DNA of 64,000 nucleotides from Candidatus Atabeyarchaeum deiterrae (GTDB taxonomy: Archaea; Asgardarchaeota; Atabeyarchaeia; Atabeyarchaeales; Atabeyarchaeaceae): assembly GCA_037310415.1 (NCBI GenBank), contig CP147780.1, positions 1,440,001 through 1,504,000 of the forward strand. The letters are read 5' to 3'. The stretch's first letter is position 1, and the number at the start of each line of letters is the position of its first letter. A model generated the notes under the pieces. That model saw only the letters and a list, made by a program, of their open reading frames with translations. It did no database searches and was not told where the DNA came from. The translations under genes were made by a program, and so were the position numbers. Positions 10,586-20,011 of this stretch are shown here, piece after piece.

Positions 10586-10625
10586 GAAAATGCGAGTAGC
10601 AGATATCTTCCCAGTGAATTGCCTG

Positions 10626-11429
10626 CTAGCTAATTCTTTCTGGATCTGCTTTGACAGGTGGCTCACCTTTGACTTTAGTTGCTATCTCCCATGCTTTTGC
10701 GACATTTTCTTGTTTTCCTTCAAGCATTAGTGTAATAGCCCCTTCAGCTCCACCTATTCCCCCGCTGGCGATCGGGGTGGCTTCCACATTCGCTAAGATT
10801 CTAAAGGAATCAACTTCAGTGACGACCTCACCGGGAAGTATCATTATCCTGAACACTGGCAACCCCATCTGCTTCGATGCATTGACTCTGCCAGCCTCGA
10901 GTTTCTTACTAAGATCAGTGAGTGAATATGGGATCGTTTTCTCAAGACCGACAGGGACCACCAGGTTCAATCCTCTCTCATTCAGAGCTTTCCACGCGCT
11001 AGCTCCTAAGGTTCCGCCACTGGGATCGGCAGTCACGACTGCTGCCTTGTGCTGATGATCTACGGCGTTTGCACCCTTAATGAAGACATCCCTAGATCCT
11101 AGCTGATCAAAAACCTTTGGCAGTTCGTTCCGTTTAACACTAGAAACCTCGCCACTCCTGACTAGGAGCGCATTTAGCCTCCGTGACATGGATGTCGCTC
11201 CAAGCCCTTGAGGGATTATTATGCCCGAACTGAAATGCTCCTTGTCGATTTTCTTTCTTGTGATCTCCTCGGCCACGAATGAATTCGTGGTTCCCACTCC
11301 AATGACTATCGACCCTTCCTTCAGGGCTCTATTCACAAGCTCCATCTTGGCAACAGCTTTCCCAATGATTCTCTTCGATTCAGAGGGTGTGAGCGTTATG
11401 ACAGCCCTGAAAGACTTGCTTTCGGCCAT
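10626..11429 (-). CDS. Conserved hypothetical protein
   Basis: 267 aa ORF with LTPSESKRII, GTTN, IKGANA, PVGLEK and ASGGIGGAEG motifs of an uncharacterised prokaryotic family. Confidence 0.75.
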   Translation of the reverse strand: MAESKSFRAVITLTPSESKRIIGKAVAKMELVNRALKEGSIVIGVGTTNSFVAEEITRKKIDKEHFSSGIIIPQGLGATSMSRRLNALLVRSGEVSSVKRNELPKVFDQLGSRDVFIKGANAVDHQHKAAVVTADPSGGTLGASAWKALNERGLNLVVPVGLEKTIPYSLTDLSKKLEAGRVNASKQMGLPVFRIMILPGEVVTEVDSFRILANVEATPIASGGIGGAEGAITLMLEGKQENVAKAWEIATKVKGEPPVKADPERIS

Positions 11430-11494
11430 GATCTATTGCGCCTCTGCTCTCGCGTCGGATGACTGATATTCAGTGCGACGTCACAGACTTAAAG

Positions 11495-12193
11495 CTATAT
11501 CTTTATGAGGCTTCCAGCGATTTTTGGCTCAAGTGAAACAAGCGCGGCTTTCCGGGCAAATGCTGGTCCAGGATTCACTGCTAAGGTTGAGTTGACTTCC
11601 TCGATTCCCGCAGATTCGTGGATGTGTCCACAGGCAGCTAGGACCGGTTTTTCTCTTAGAATAAACTGTTTGATGCTTTTGCTACCGACATTCATTCCAC
11701 GTGTAGTCCTGTCTAACGAAGTTGAGTATGGCGGATCGTGAGATACCAAAACCAGCTTCTCCTTCTGCTCAACAGATCTGAGTGTAACCTTCAGAATGGC
11801 GTCAATTTCATCCTCGCTTATGTTGAAAGGTGAGTAGAAAGGCGCCGGTATAGCGCCAGAAACGCCTAGAAAAGTGTAGCCGCGAAGAGAGTACGACCTG
11901 CGATGAAGGCAGATACCTCCAGCCCCTTTCACTCCTTCTGAGATCTCAGGAGGATCGAAGTTACCTGAAACATACAAGACGTTGGATGTGGCCTCTAATA
12001 GAGTACTGAGGATGTCACTTGCATCTTCTTCAGTTCCTGCATGTGTTAGGTCGCCGCAGACTATCATAGCATCGATACTTCTCTGTTTTGCATATTTGGC
12101 AACGCTGCGAGCAGCCTCGACCTCCCCATGATAATCCGAAGTCACCATTAGATCCAATTCTGATCCACCAACTTTCTGTTTCGGGGTCACCAC
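11495..12193 (-). CDS. Metallophosphoesterase (calcineurin-like)
   Basis: SDYHG, GDLT, GNFD, SHDPP and GHIHE motifs. Confidence 0.92.
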   Translation of the reverse strand: MVTPKQKVGGSELDLMVTSDYHGEVEAARSVAKYAKQRSIDAMIVCGDLTHAGTEEDASDILSTLLEATSNVLYVSGNFDPPEISEGVKGAGGICLHRRSYSLRGYTFLGVSGAIPAPFYSPFNISEDEIDAILKVTLRSVEQKEKLVLVSHDPPYSTSLDRTTRGMNVGSKSIKQFILREKPVLAACGHIHESAGIEEVNSTLAVNPGPAFARKAALVSLEPKIAGSLIKI

Positions 12194-12309
12194 TTTTCAA
12201 AATCAGTGCGCCTTTCATCTGAGAACCATCTGTGCCTCAACGAGAAGAATGGAGATATGCTAACCATTGAAACGAGCGCTTCACTTGACTTCATGCCCGC
12301 ATTGGTTAC

Positions 12310-12810
12310 TTAACTGCTGGTTCTACCTTCCGATGTCAGTAGTTTGCTTTCGACTTCTGTTGCAGATTCGATGTCGCCGCTCTTCTTGTACAATTCTGCT
12401 GCCAGCGTCAGGGCCTCTTTTGCTTCTTCCTCAAGGTTGAGCTCATGAAAACTCAATCCCAACCAGTGCCAAGCCTTTGCCAGTCTGGGATGAACTTCGA
12501 TGACTTTCTTGAAGGAATCTATTGCCCCCCGATAATCCCTTGAATTGAATTTCAAGCGCCCCATATCCATCCAGAGATTCAAGTCATTAGGATCTAGCCT
12601 GACGGCCACTTTTAGTGCCCTGAGTCCCCTATTCAGGTCGCCCTTAACCATAAAGGCTGAGCCGAGGTTCTTCCATGCCTTCGCGAATTTCGGATCAATT
12701 TCCAGGGCTTTCAGGTAACACTTGATCTCCTCATCAATATTCCCCTTAATGCCGTGCTCAACCCCCCTCGTATACCAATCCTTTGCTGCCAAAGCCCAAT
12801 CCCTCGACAC
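12310..12810 (-). CDS. Tetratricopeptide-repeat protein
   Basis: Repeated TPR consensus (YLKALEIDPKFAKAWKNLG; FKKVIEVHPRLAKAWHWLG). Confidence 0.9.
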   Translation of the reverse strand: MSRDWALAAKDWYTRGVEHGIKGNIDEEIKCYLKALEIDPKFAKAWKNLGSAFMVKGDLNRGLRALKVAVRLDPNDLNLWMDMGRLKFNSRDYRGAIDSFKKVIEVHPRLAKAWHWLGLSFHELNLEEEAKEALTLAAELYKKSGDIESATEVESKLLTSEGRTSS

Positions 12811-12937
12811 AATTTCTTCTAGTGTTGAAGCTGCAACGAACTGCCAGGCACTACCTCTTTTTCAAGCCCTCTAAAACCATTCTAAGACATTGGGAAAACA
12901 TCTTTATATAATATACCCTACGCAGAGAAAACGCATT

Positions 12938-13788
12938 TCAAGTCAACCTCAATGGCTCTTGATCTGCTTTTAGCAAGAAGGTTCGAGTCAAGTTCTCAGT
13001 TGAGAACTGACCATCTGTGTAATTCTTGTAAGTGCCTCTTATTCCCATTCTATTGAATTCTGCCTCTTTCCCGAAAACCTCATTAACTATTTGAGTAACG
13101 CTCGATCCTTGTTCGCTCAGTTTCAGTATTCTTCTGCCCAGTTCTTCTCGTATTGATATCGAACGATCAAGAACGCTCGAAGCATCAAAGATGGGATCAT
13201 TCACTCCTGGGAACATCACACGCGGAGAGAATTCCCTAATCTTTTTGAGCGAGGATATTGCTTGCCACTGGTTCTCCTCCAGACTCGCTCCGACAGGCTT
13301 GATGGTAACATAGAGGTCACCAACGAAAACCCAGCCCTCGCTACCTCTACCAAGGCGATGTGATCTCTGGTATGACCTGGCACGTAAACAACAAGGAACT
13401 CATGATTCTCAGTTTCAATAACGTCGGGAACGGGGGAAGGCTCAGACGGCTCGGGAATCCCCCAAGCAAAGACCTCAAACGAGGGAAGATCAGGTGACAC
13501 CCTCAACAGGGGAATCGCAAGCGGATGGGCGAAGATTGGAACGTTGCGAGTTGACTGAAGCAGGTGATCTCCTCCAACGTGGTCCTCATGGTGATGAGTG
13601 TTCACAACTTTAGTCAGCTTCTTCTCTTTTAGTACGTTTGCGATTTCCTTCTTCGTGTAATCGCACCCAGCATCAACTAGGAGGTCGTCGACGTGAAACG
13701 CTGAAACCCAATAGATGGGAGAGTCACCGATGGTGTTACTCATTTTTATTTGCGTGATAGAATCCTCGAAGCGATTTGTTTGGATCAA
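12938..13788 (-). pseudogene. MBL-fold metallo-hydrolase split by a single frameshift near 13345
   Basis: THHHEDHVGG and PGHTRDH in the first frame; the expected EGWVFVGDLY...RVMFPG continuation lies in the -1 frame and runs into the 12938-13219 ORF. Confidence 0.8.
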
Positions 13789-13984
13789 ATGATTATACGC
13801 TCCCAGCTGGTTCTGTTTTCTCTTGATGAATTAGTTCTTGATAGGAGCCAAGTATTCAACTATACCTTTAATATATGCGTTCCAAAATAGTGTCTTGCAA
13901 CCAATAGAAAACTTCTACCTAAAGAGCCTATCAGCGGCATATTTGCCGAATCAATCGCTCTAAACACATACAATTGAAGTTCCT

Positions 13985-15706
13985 TTGGAGGTTGAAGAGA
14001 ACTTGGAAGGCGTGAATCCACTTTTACCTTTGATGTCTAAAATCGAAAGAGAAATATTCGACTTATGGAAAGAGTTCGACCCCGCGGCAGCGTTCACGTT
14101 GGGCATCAAGGAATCAGCTGGCAAGATGTTCATCCCAGTCGACAAAAACATTGAAGCCATGAAATCAAAGATAAAGGCGACACTTAATAAGACAAAAGCA
14201 GTGAACCAAAGAAAACTGTTAGAATGTATGAACATGGCGTTAGACTTTCGAGAACCCCATCATGTTATCTCGAATGCAAGAGGCGCCTTTTTTGCCCACA
14301 TGGTGAAGGAAGGCATCAATCCAGATCACATGTTGACCCTAATCGAGAATACGAGGCGAGCGATAGATGCTAGCAAGGAGAAGCTCAGAGGAATGAAGTG
14401 GGCGACAGAAACCAAGATAATCGCATGCCAGTCCTGTGATGAACTGAAAGGTCTGCTAAAAACTATTGTCACGGAAACAAAAGATGAGCGTCTGAAAGCC
14501 GAATTAGGAGAACTAATCAAGGTCGTCGACGATTACAGAAATACTTTTCTTGTTGAGGGTCTAGCCGAGGGAGACTTCACAGAAGTGTTCCCCATAATTG
14601 AAAAGAGCGTGGGCGATCTTGGACACCGGAGCGTCTACCCCAAGATCCTGAAGTACATGTTTGACTACTATGAAACCCCCAAACAAATCGAGGACAAAGC
14701 TCTCAGACAGTTGAAGAGGGAATTACCTCTCTTCAGAGACATAATAAAGCGATTGGCAAAAGCCTACGGATGCGAACCGACATTCGAAGAAGTTACAAAA
14801 ATGATAATCAGAAGAAGTGAAATTCCAAAACCCAAGATAATGGAATATGTCCTGAACATAAGAAAAAACATCCTTAAGGTGCTAAGCAAGGATTTGGTCG
14901 GGATTACACCGAAATACGACACAAGAGTCATTGAGACCCCATCATATCTCGTCAACTTCATACCCACAGCTGCAACAAGTGCATTCAACATGTTAACTGA
15001 CAAACCCTTCTCGATTTTCTTCTTGACAACAGATGAAAAGAGGTCACCTCCAGCGGGCGCAGCGGACATGATTCAAACAATAGTCCACGAAGAAACAGGG
15101 CACTGTGTCCACTTCCAGAATTCAGCCACAGCCTTCGGAGGGAAACCCTCAATAGTGGACCTATTAGATTCATACTTGGGATACGCCATCAGCGACGCAA
15201 TTTCATTCCACAGGGAGTACGAATTCCTCAGGCTTTTGAAGAATCTTGCAGGCAAAGACCAAGACTCGCTCTCACCTGAGGAGAAAAACTTCCTTGATGC
15301 AATGCGAGGAGGACGAGATCTAAGCGTGGTCTTGCTTGAGAACGAGTTTATTCTGATGCAGTGGAGACAGATCAGATTCCTCAGAGCGATATTTGACTCT
15401 CGAGTGAACATGGGCAAGCAAACTGTAGCAGAATTTGTGAAATGGGGACACCAAATCACGGGTCTTCAAGAGAAAATGATTTTCAATCAGACTTTCATGT
15501 TCTTGGAGAATGTGGGCTATGCTCCAGTATACTTTATCGCTGGGGACGCTCTGAGAGAAATTCAGGAGAAAGCAATCAAAAGCGGTGTGAATCTAGTAGA
15601 CTTCAACACTTACGCCACCTCAATAGGCTATGGCGCTCGAACGGTATTCGAAAAAATGCTGAAGGACTATTCAAAGCGAAAACCGAACCCAAAGACTACG
15701 GGTTAA
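13985..15706 (+). CDS. DUF885-like putative zinc metallopeptidase
   Basis: HEETGHCVH zinc motif, helical body and a C-terminal GYAPVY segment. Confidence 0.6.
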   Translation: MEVEENLEGVNPLLPLMSKIEREIFDLWKEFDPAAAFTLGIKESAGKMFIPVDKNIEAMKSKIKATLNKTKAVNQRKLLECMNMALDFREPHHVISNARGAFFAHMVKEGINPDHMLTLIENTRRAIDASKEKLRGMKWATETKIIACQSCDELKGLLKTIVTETKDERLKAELGELIKVVDDYRNTFLVEGLAEGDFTEVFPIIEKSVGDLGHRSVYPKILKYMFDYYETPKQIEDKALRQLKRELPLFRDIIKRLAKAYGCEPTFEEVTKMIIRRSEIPKPKIMEYVLNIRKNILKVLSKDLVGITPKYDTRVIETPSYLVNFIPTAATSAFNMLTDKPFSIFFLTTDEKRSPPAGAADMIQTIVHEETGHCVHFQNSATAFGGKPSIVDLLDSYLGYAISDAISFHREYEFLRLLKNLAGKDQDSLSPEEKNFLDAMRGGRDLSVVLLENEFILMQWRQIRFLRAIFDSRVNMGKQTVAEFVKWGHQITGLQEKMIFNQTFMFLENVGYAPVYFIAGDALREIQEKAIKSGVNLVDFNTYATSIGYGARTVFEKMLKDYSKRKPNPKTTG

Positions 15707-16418
15707 TCTTCGACAGTAGATCCGGCAAGGAATGAATCACCTTGACTTTGGTCAGCATACTCTTTCTCTTCTTCTTTGGGTCGAACAAGAAAGGGATCAA
15801 ACCTGCTCTCCTTGCTCCGACATAGTCGACTTGATATTCGTCACCGACAAAAACAGTCTCAGCTGGGGTGACTCCAAGCTTTCTTACAGCATGAAGAAAC
15901 GGCTCAGGATCAGGCTTCCTTTTTCCTAATGAATCTGCAGCAACAAGAACGTCAAACGCTCGTTGCATACTCAGTTTAGGAAGGATCTTCTCAAGATCTG
16001 ATTGATAACCATTTGTCACTATGCCAAGCTTGATGCCGCAATCTGTGAGGCTCTTTACGAGTTCGTAAGCGCCAGGTTGAACTCGCACTTCCATGTAGTC
16101 AAACCAGTGCTTGTCAATGTCCTCGGCCAGCTCAAGATCTCGTCCACGTATCCCAAGGCGATGCAGTATCCCAAGATTCCACCGCGTATAGTAGTCAGTG
16201 TCCTTGGGGACGCCACCTCCAATTTCCTTCTTCAGTTCCAACTCAGCTTCAAGCATAGCACGCTTCACATCACGAACAGATCTCTCAATACCTTTCAGTC
16301 TTAGGATTCTTTGGAAAGTATCGCAGAATTCAGTAGAGTCGATCAACGTGCCGCCCAAGTCAAAAAGAACTGCCTTGATCTTCACTACTAACACACCAAC
16401 TAGTATCGCTGAATCCAA
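15696..16418 (-). CDS. HAD-superfamily hydrolase
   Basis: FDLGGTL, VTNG, KPDPEPF and VGD motifs; probable start GTG at about 16385. Confidence 0.92.
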   Translation of the reverse strand: MDSAILVGVLVVKIKAVLFDLGGTLIDSTEFCDTFQRILRLKGIERSVRDVKRAMLEAELELKKEIGGGVPKDTDYYTRWNLGILHRLGIRGRDLELAEDIDKHWFDYMEVRVQPGAYELVKSLTDCGIKLGIVTNGYQSDLEKILPKLSMQRAFDVLVAADSLGKRKPDPEPFLHAVRKLGVTPAETVFVGDEYQVDYVGARRAGLIPFLFDPKKKRKSMLTKVKVIHSLPDLLSKINP

Positions 16419-16666
16419 ACCAACATATGACGGGAGCAGATCTAACTAAGTGAGACACTTGCTAGCCTATTTAATCCCTATCTCCGACTTCATATGGCTC
16501 TTCAAAGTTGCCACCCTCATCCAATCGAAAACATTAATTAACAGTAAGACAGCAATTAGCATTCATTATCCCTACTAGGCGATTATGCCAATTACTCGAA
16601 TACGTGCTTTCAATCAGAAGAAAACAACTGGGAAAAGAACCTAGTAAGTGTGAGGGGTGAAATGCC

Positions 16667-16822
16667 ATGACCATATCACTTCTAAGACTAATTCTATTAT
16701 ACACTGGTCTAACGCTTTTGGCGATAGCTTTGACGATTGGGTTGTCTCAGGCAGTCCAGGATTTCTTGATCTATGCTCACAACATCCCAGCTTATCCTGG
16801 ATTTGCTGGCTTCCCAGCATGA
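16667..16822 (+). CDS. 51-aa small membrane protein upstream of the 4Fe-4S membrane protein (absent from ORF track)
   Basis: SD-like GAGGGGTGA then ATG; MTISLLRLILLYTGLTLLAIALTIGLSQAVQDFLIYAHNIPAYPGFAGFPA*, one TM helix. Confidence 0.65.
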   Translation: MTISLLRLILLYTGLTLLAIALTIGLSQAVQDFLIYAHNIPAYPGFAGFPA

Positions 16823-16907
16823 TTGCTGCAGGGCCGATGAGGCTTGCGCGATGAGGCGGTCGAGAACAATGCAAGAAAAGAAAGAGAGAAAAGACAGACC
16901 TAATCCT

Positions 16908-17831
16908 ATGTCTGAGACTTCCAAGCGGGGGATACATATTCCGATCCTCAGAATACTGAGGTTCTTCCTTCAAGTACTCTTCTTCGTGATCCTCAACGCG
17001 GGATTGTTCCAGCTTGTTTCAGTTGCATTTCCGATACCGATAATACCCGTGCTCTCAAGTTCAGGAGCGCCAGGGGTAACGGCAATAAGTGCCTTCGATG
17101 CTCTACAGCACAGCATCTCTGCCGTGATTCCTCTATTGCTCTTAGCGGCTGTTGCTGTCTTTCTCGTATCTGCTCTACTTGTGGGCAAAGCCTTCTGCGG
17201 CTACGTTTGTCCTTTTGGATTTGCTCAGGACCTAGTAGCATACATTCGAGTACCTCTGAAGACGAAAGAACTCGCAATGTCGCCGAAGACAACGAAAACC
17301 GTATTGAGAATCAAATATTACATTTTAGGTGTAATCGTGATCTTGGTCACAGTGGTTGGAGCTGCCACGCTCGCAGGAAACAGGGGCTATGCCTTGAGCG
17401 CAATTGGAGCATTCGGTGACATGCCTTTCTCAGTTTTCTCTCCATCTGACACTCTCTTCGCAGTAATCCCCGAATTGATTATTCTGCAGAAACCACTGAT
17501 AATAGGTTGGAGCCTCTTACTTTGGTCAAGAATGGTAATCCTCGTAATCAGTTTAGGCGCAGTGATTCTCATTCCAAGAGCCTTCTGCAGATATATCTGT
17601 CCAATTGCAGCGCTGATGGGACCCCTAAACAAATACAGCATAGTGGGATTAGAGAGAAACGTTGTCAAGTGCAAGGGCGAGCGATGCAAGAAGTGCGAGA
17701 AAGTCTGCCCAATGGGTGTCCCTGTGTTCACAGGGCCAGAGAAAAGGTTCAGCAAACACCCTCAGTGCATCCTATGCCTGAGATGCAAAGATGAGTGCAG
17801 GGAAAAGGCTATCCGATTCGCCGTGCCGTAG
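16908..17831 (+). CDS. 4Fe-4S binding membrane protein (NapH/MauN-like polyferredoxin)
   Basis: FCGYVCPFG, FCRYICP, CKKCEKVCP and CILCLRCKDEC with several TM helices; start uncertain (16869 or 16908). Confidence 0.88.
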   Translation: MSETSKRGIHIPILRILRFFLQVLFFVILNAGLFQLVSVAFPIPIIPVLSSSGAPGVTAISAFDALQHSISAVIPLLLLAAVAVFLVSALLVGKAFCGYVCPFGFAQDLVAYIRVPLKTKELAMSPKTTKTVLRIKYYILGVIVILVTVVGAATLAGNRGYALSAIGAFGDMPFSVFSPSDTLFAVIPELIILQKPLIIGWSLLLWSRMVILVISLGAVILIPRAFCRYICPIAALMGPLNKYSIVGLERNVVKCKGERCKKCEKVCPMGVPVFTGPEKRFSKHPQCILCLRCKDECREKAIRFAVP

Positions 17832-17892
17832 GTAACATCCACGAGACGGAAAAAGAACAATGGATCGATAGCTTCGACAGAATGCATAGTCA

Positions 17893-18402
17893 TCAGCGGT
17901 TTTTCTTGTCCTTGTCTTTTGCTGAGGTGTCTTCCTGCATTTTCTTCACTAACGAGGGTTTGACAACAAACCCTGCATCTTCACTTGAATGAGGCGGCGC
18001 TGCTTCTTTTCTGGGGGGTTCTCGCTGAGAAGACTTTGGCTGCTCCTGATTAGCGGAGGCTTCTTGAGGGATCTTGACTCTTTGCTCAAGGAAAACCATG
18101 AAATTCTTGAGTAACTCGGTCGATGACTGGACGTTCTTCAGGTAGAGTGTTTCCTTCTCCACAGACTTCTGTGAGAGAGTGTTGAGAATCCACTTCAACA
18201 CGTCACTTGTCGCCTGCATCTTAATGTTCAGTTCGCCAACTGACTTTGTTAGCCGTTGGATGCTTTCCTTTATTTCATAGAACGAGGATAAGAGAGAAGC
18301 GTCTGCCCCTTCAGGTTCAACCTCAGATAACTCTTCACTATTTGCATCGTCGACTTTCTGTTTCTTGTCTGGAGAAGCCAATTGGAAACATCCTCCGAAC
18401 AC
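17893..18402 (-). CDS. Hypothetical coiled-coil protein
   Basis: 169 aa ORF with heptad-like helix and a low-complexity tail. Confidence 0.6.
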   Translation of the reverse strand: MFGGCFQLASPDKKQKVDDANSEELSEVEPEGADASLLSSFYEIKESIQRLTKSVGELNIKMQATSDVLKWILNTLSQKSVEKETLYLKNVQSSTELLKNFMVFLEQRVKIPQEASANQEQPKSSQREPPRKEAAPPHSSEDAGFVVKPSLVKKMQEDTSAKDKDKKNR

Positions 18403-18575
18403 TACATACTGATCAAACCGAATAATAACAATGACAACATATTATAGATAGTTGAAAAGGTCTTTAAGCAATCTGCCCAGCCTCAGGTCTCCCCCATTTC
18501 ATGCGTTGGGAAGGTCGCAATACAAACCTCAGCAACTTCTGAGAGTTCCATCTCATTAAATCGCAATTACGCTTG

Positions 18576-19921
18576 GTCAGTTACCCACCGCTGAAACTTG
18601 TGGGCTTGCAACTTGGGGTTGTCTGGTGCGACCTTTCAAACCCTTCACCTTGCCAAACGCGCCTACTGACGGAGGCGCTCCCCTCAGGAAACTGGCCCGA
18701 AGTGATGTCGCTCTGCGTGTATGCTGTTAGGGCCGCCCTGAGGGCGATGTTGAGGCTCGCAGCGCGATCGCGGTTCGCCTCATAGCCGCATGCCGTACAC
18801 CTGAAGTAGGAGTAGCCCACCCAGTTCGCCTTGCCCGTGTATCCACAATAGGGGCACATCTGAGACGTGTACCTGGGATCAACCTCAACCAGCCGCACTC
18901 GCTGCTTCTCAGCTACATGCCTCAGCGCATACCTCAGAAAGCCGTATGGGATGCGGTTCACCTTCTTTCTGCTCCTTGCAGTCCACTCACCCTGCGTCTT
19001 CCTGAGGTGTCTGAGGTGTTCAATAGCGATGTTGGCTCGGAGCGCTTCTGCTTGTTGCACGATCTGGTTGGCGACGGCCCAGATGCTCGTCCGCACATAG
19101 TTCCTCTGCCTCCCGGCGAGGCGTTTCAGCTTCAGCCCAGCCTTGCCCCTCGACGAGGTGTCCCTGAACCGCTGGAGCGCTGCCCTCCTCCTCTCGAACA
19201 GAAACTGCTTCGTGGAGACCTCCTTCCCGAAGTAGCTCTGCTTCAAGACGCCGCCATCTGGGCTTACCGCGGAGGTGGCGATCCTCGAGCTGTTCACATC
19301 CACTCCGACCCAGTTGCTCCTCACAGGAGGCTCGGACATGATTCTTGAGAGGACGACGAGGAACTTCATGCCTCTCTTCATTATGATGCTCGTCAGCTTC
19401 CAGCCCTGCGAGAGATGTGCCTGGAGACGCTGGTAGGCGCCGTCGATGCTCAACGGGAGACCGATTCTCTGGGTGATAGCTCTCAGAGTCAAGACAGGGT
19501 TCCCTCTCCTGGTCGTCTTGAAGCTGAAGAGACGTGCGTCGAAGCGGACGACGCACCGCTCCACACCTTTGCCCGCGGTTTTCCTTATGCTCCACGCGTG
19601 GCTCGTTGCCTCAACAATGAGCTGGGATGCTATGTGGTTCTCGGCTCTGAGCCTCGCGTAGGTCTTGTTGTGGAGTTGTGCTCTGCTCTTGACGCCGTCA
19701 AGGCTGCAGAGCGCCTCCCTGATTATCCCAAGGTACGTGGTGTATGTCTTCCTAAGCATTCTTCCCTTTTTCCTTGTTGGTTCGAGGAGGTTCAGAGGCA
19801 GGCACTTTCTCATAGTATCCCCAAAGAATGTAGCGGGGCACGATATTTAAGGCTCCCAACTGGATTCCTGTCGCGATTCCTCTCCCTCCTAAAGGGATGC
19901 GGCTTCCTCGCAACGAACATC
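18576..19921 (-). mobile_element. IS200/IS605-family tnpB-only (IS1341-like) element 1
   Basis: Left end: TCAC|15 nt|GAAG then hairpin. Right end: CAAG, CCCAC...GTGGG hairpin, TGAC. Visibly GC-richer than the flanks; no tnpA. Confidence 0.85.
18581..19813 (-). CDS. tnpB: RNA-guided endonuclease TnpB
   Basis: RuvC I GVDVN, RuvC II IAIEHL, zinc finger CPYC...CTAC, RuvC III NRDRAASLNI. Confidence 0.93.
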   Translation of the reverse strand: MRKCLPLNLLEPTRKKGRMLRKTYTTYLGIIREALCSLDGVKSRAQLHNKTYARLRAENHIASQLIVEATSHAWSIRKTAGKGVERCVVRFDARLFSFKTTRRGNPVLTLRAITQRIGLPLSIDGAYQRLQAHLSQGWKLTSIIMKRGMKFLVVLSRIMSEPPVRSNWVGVDVNSSRIATSAVSPDGGVLKQSYFGKEVSTKQFLFERRRAALQRFRDTSSRGKAGLKLKRLAGRQRNYVRTSIWAVANQIVQQAEALRANIAIEHLRHLRKTQGEWTARSRKKVNRIPYGFLRYALRHVAEKQRVRLVEVDPRYTSQMCPYCGYTGKANWVGYSYFRCTACGYEANRDRAASLNIALRAALTAYTQSDITSGQFPEGSASVSRRVWQGEGFERSHQTTPSCKPTSFSGG

Positions 19922-20011
19922 GTGAAAACGCTGTAATTTCAGAAACGTTTATTTGATGTAGCTCGAATTTGAGATTAGTGCGGTACGAATGGAAATGGGG
20001 TACGCACAATT

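Noticed and set aside
16820-16970. Selenocysteine read-through of the TGA ending the 51-aa peptide
   Set aside because: The downstream frame hits another TGA after five codons, has no redox motif, and no SECIS-like element was seen.
18400-18575. Possible CRISPR array or second IS end downstream of tnpB 1, which would make it Cas12f-like
   Set aside because: No direct repeats; the weak hairpin at about 18486-18516 lacks a matching guide/cleavage tetranucleotide pair.
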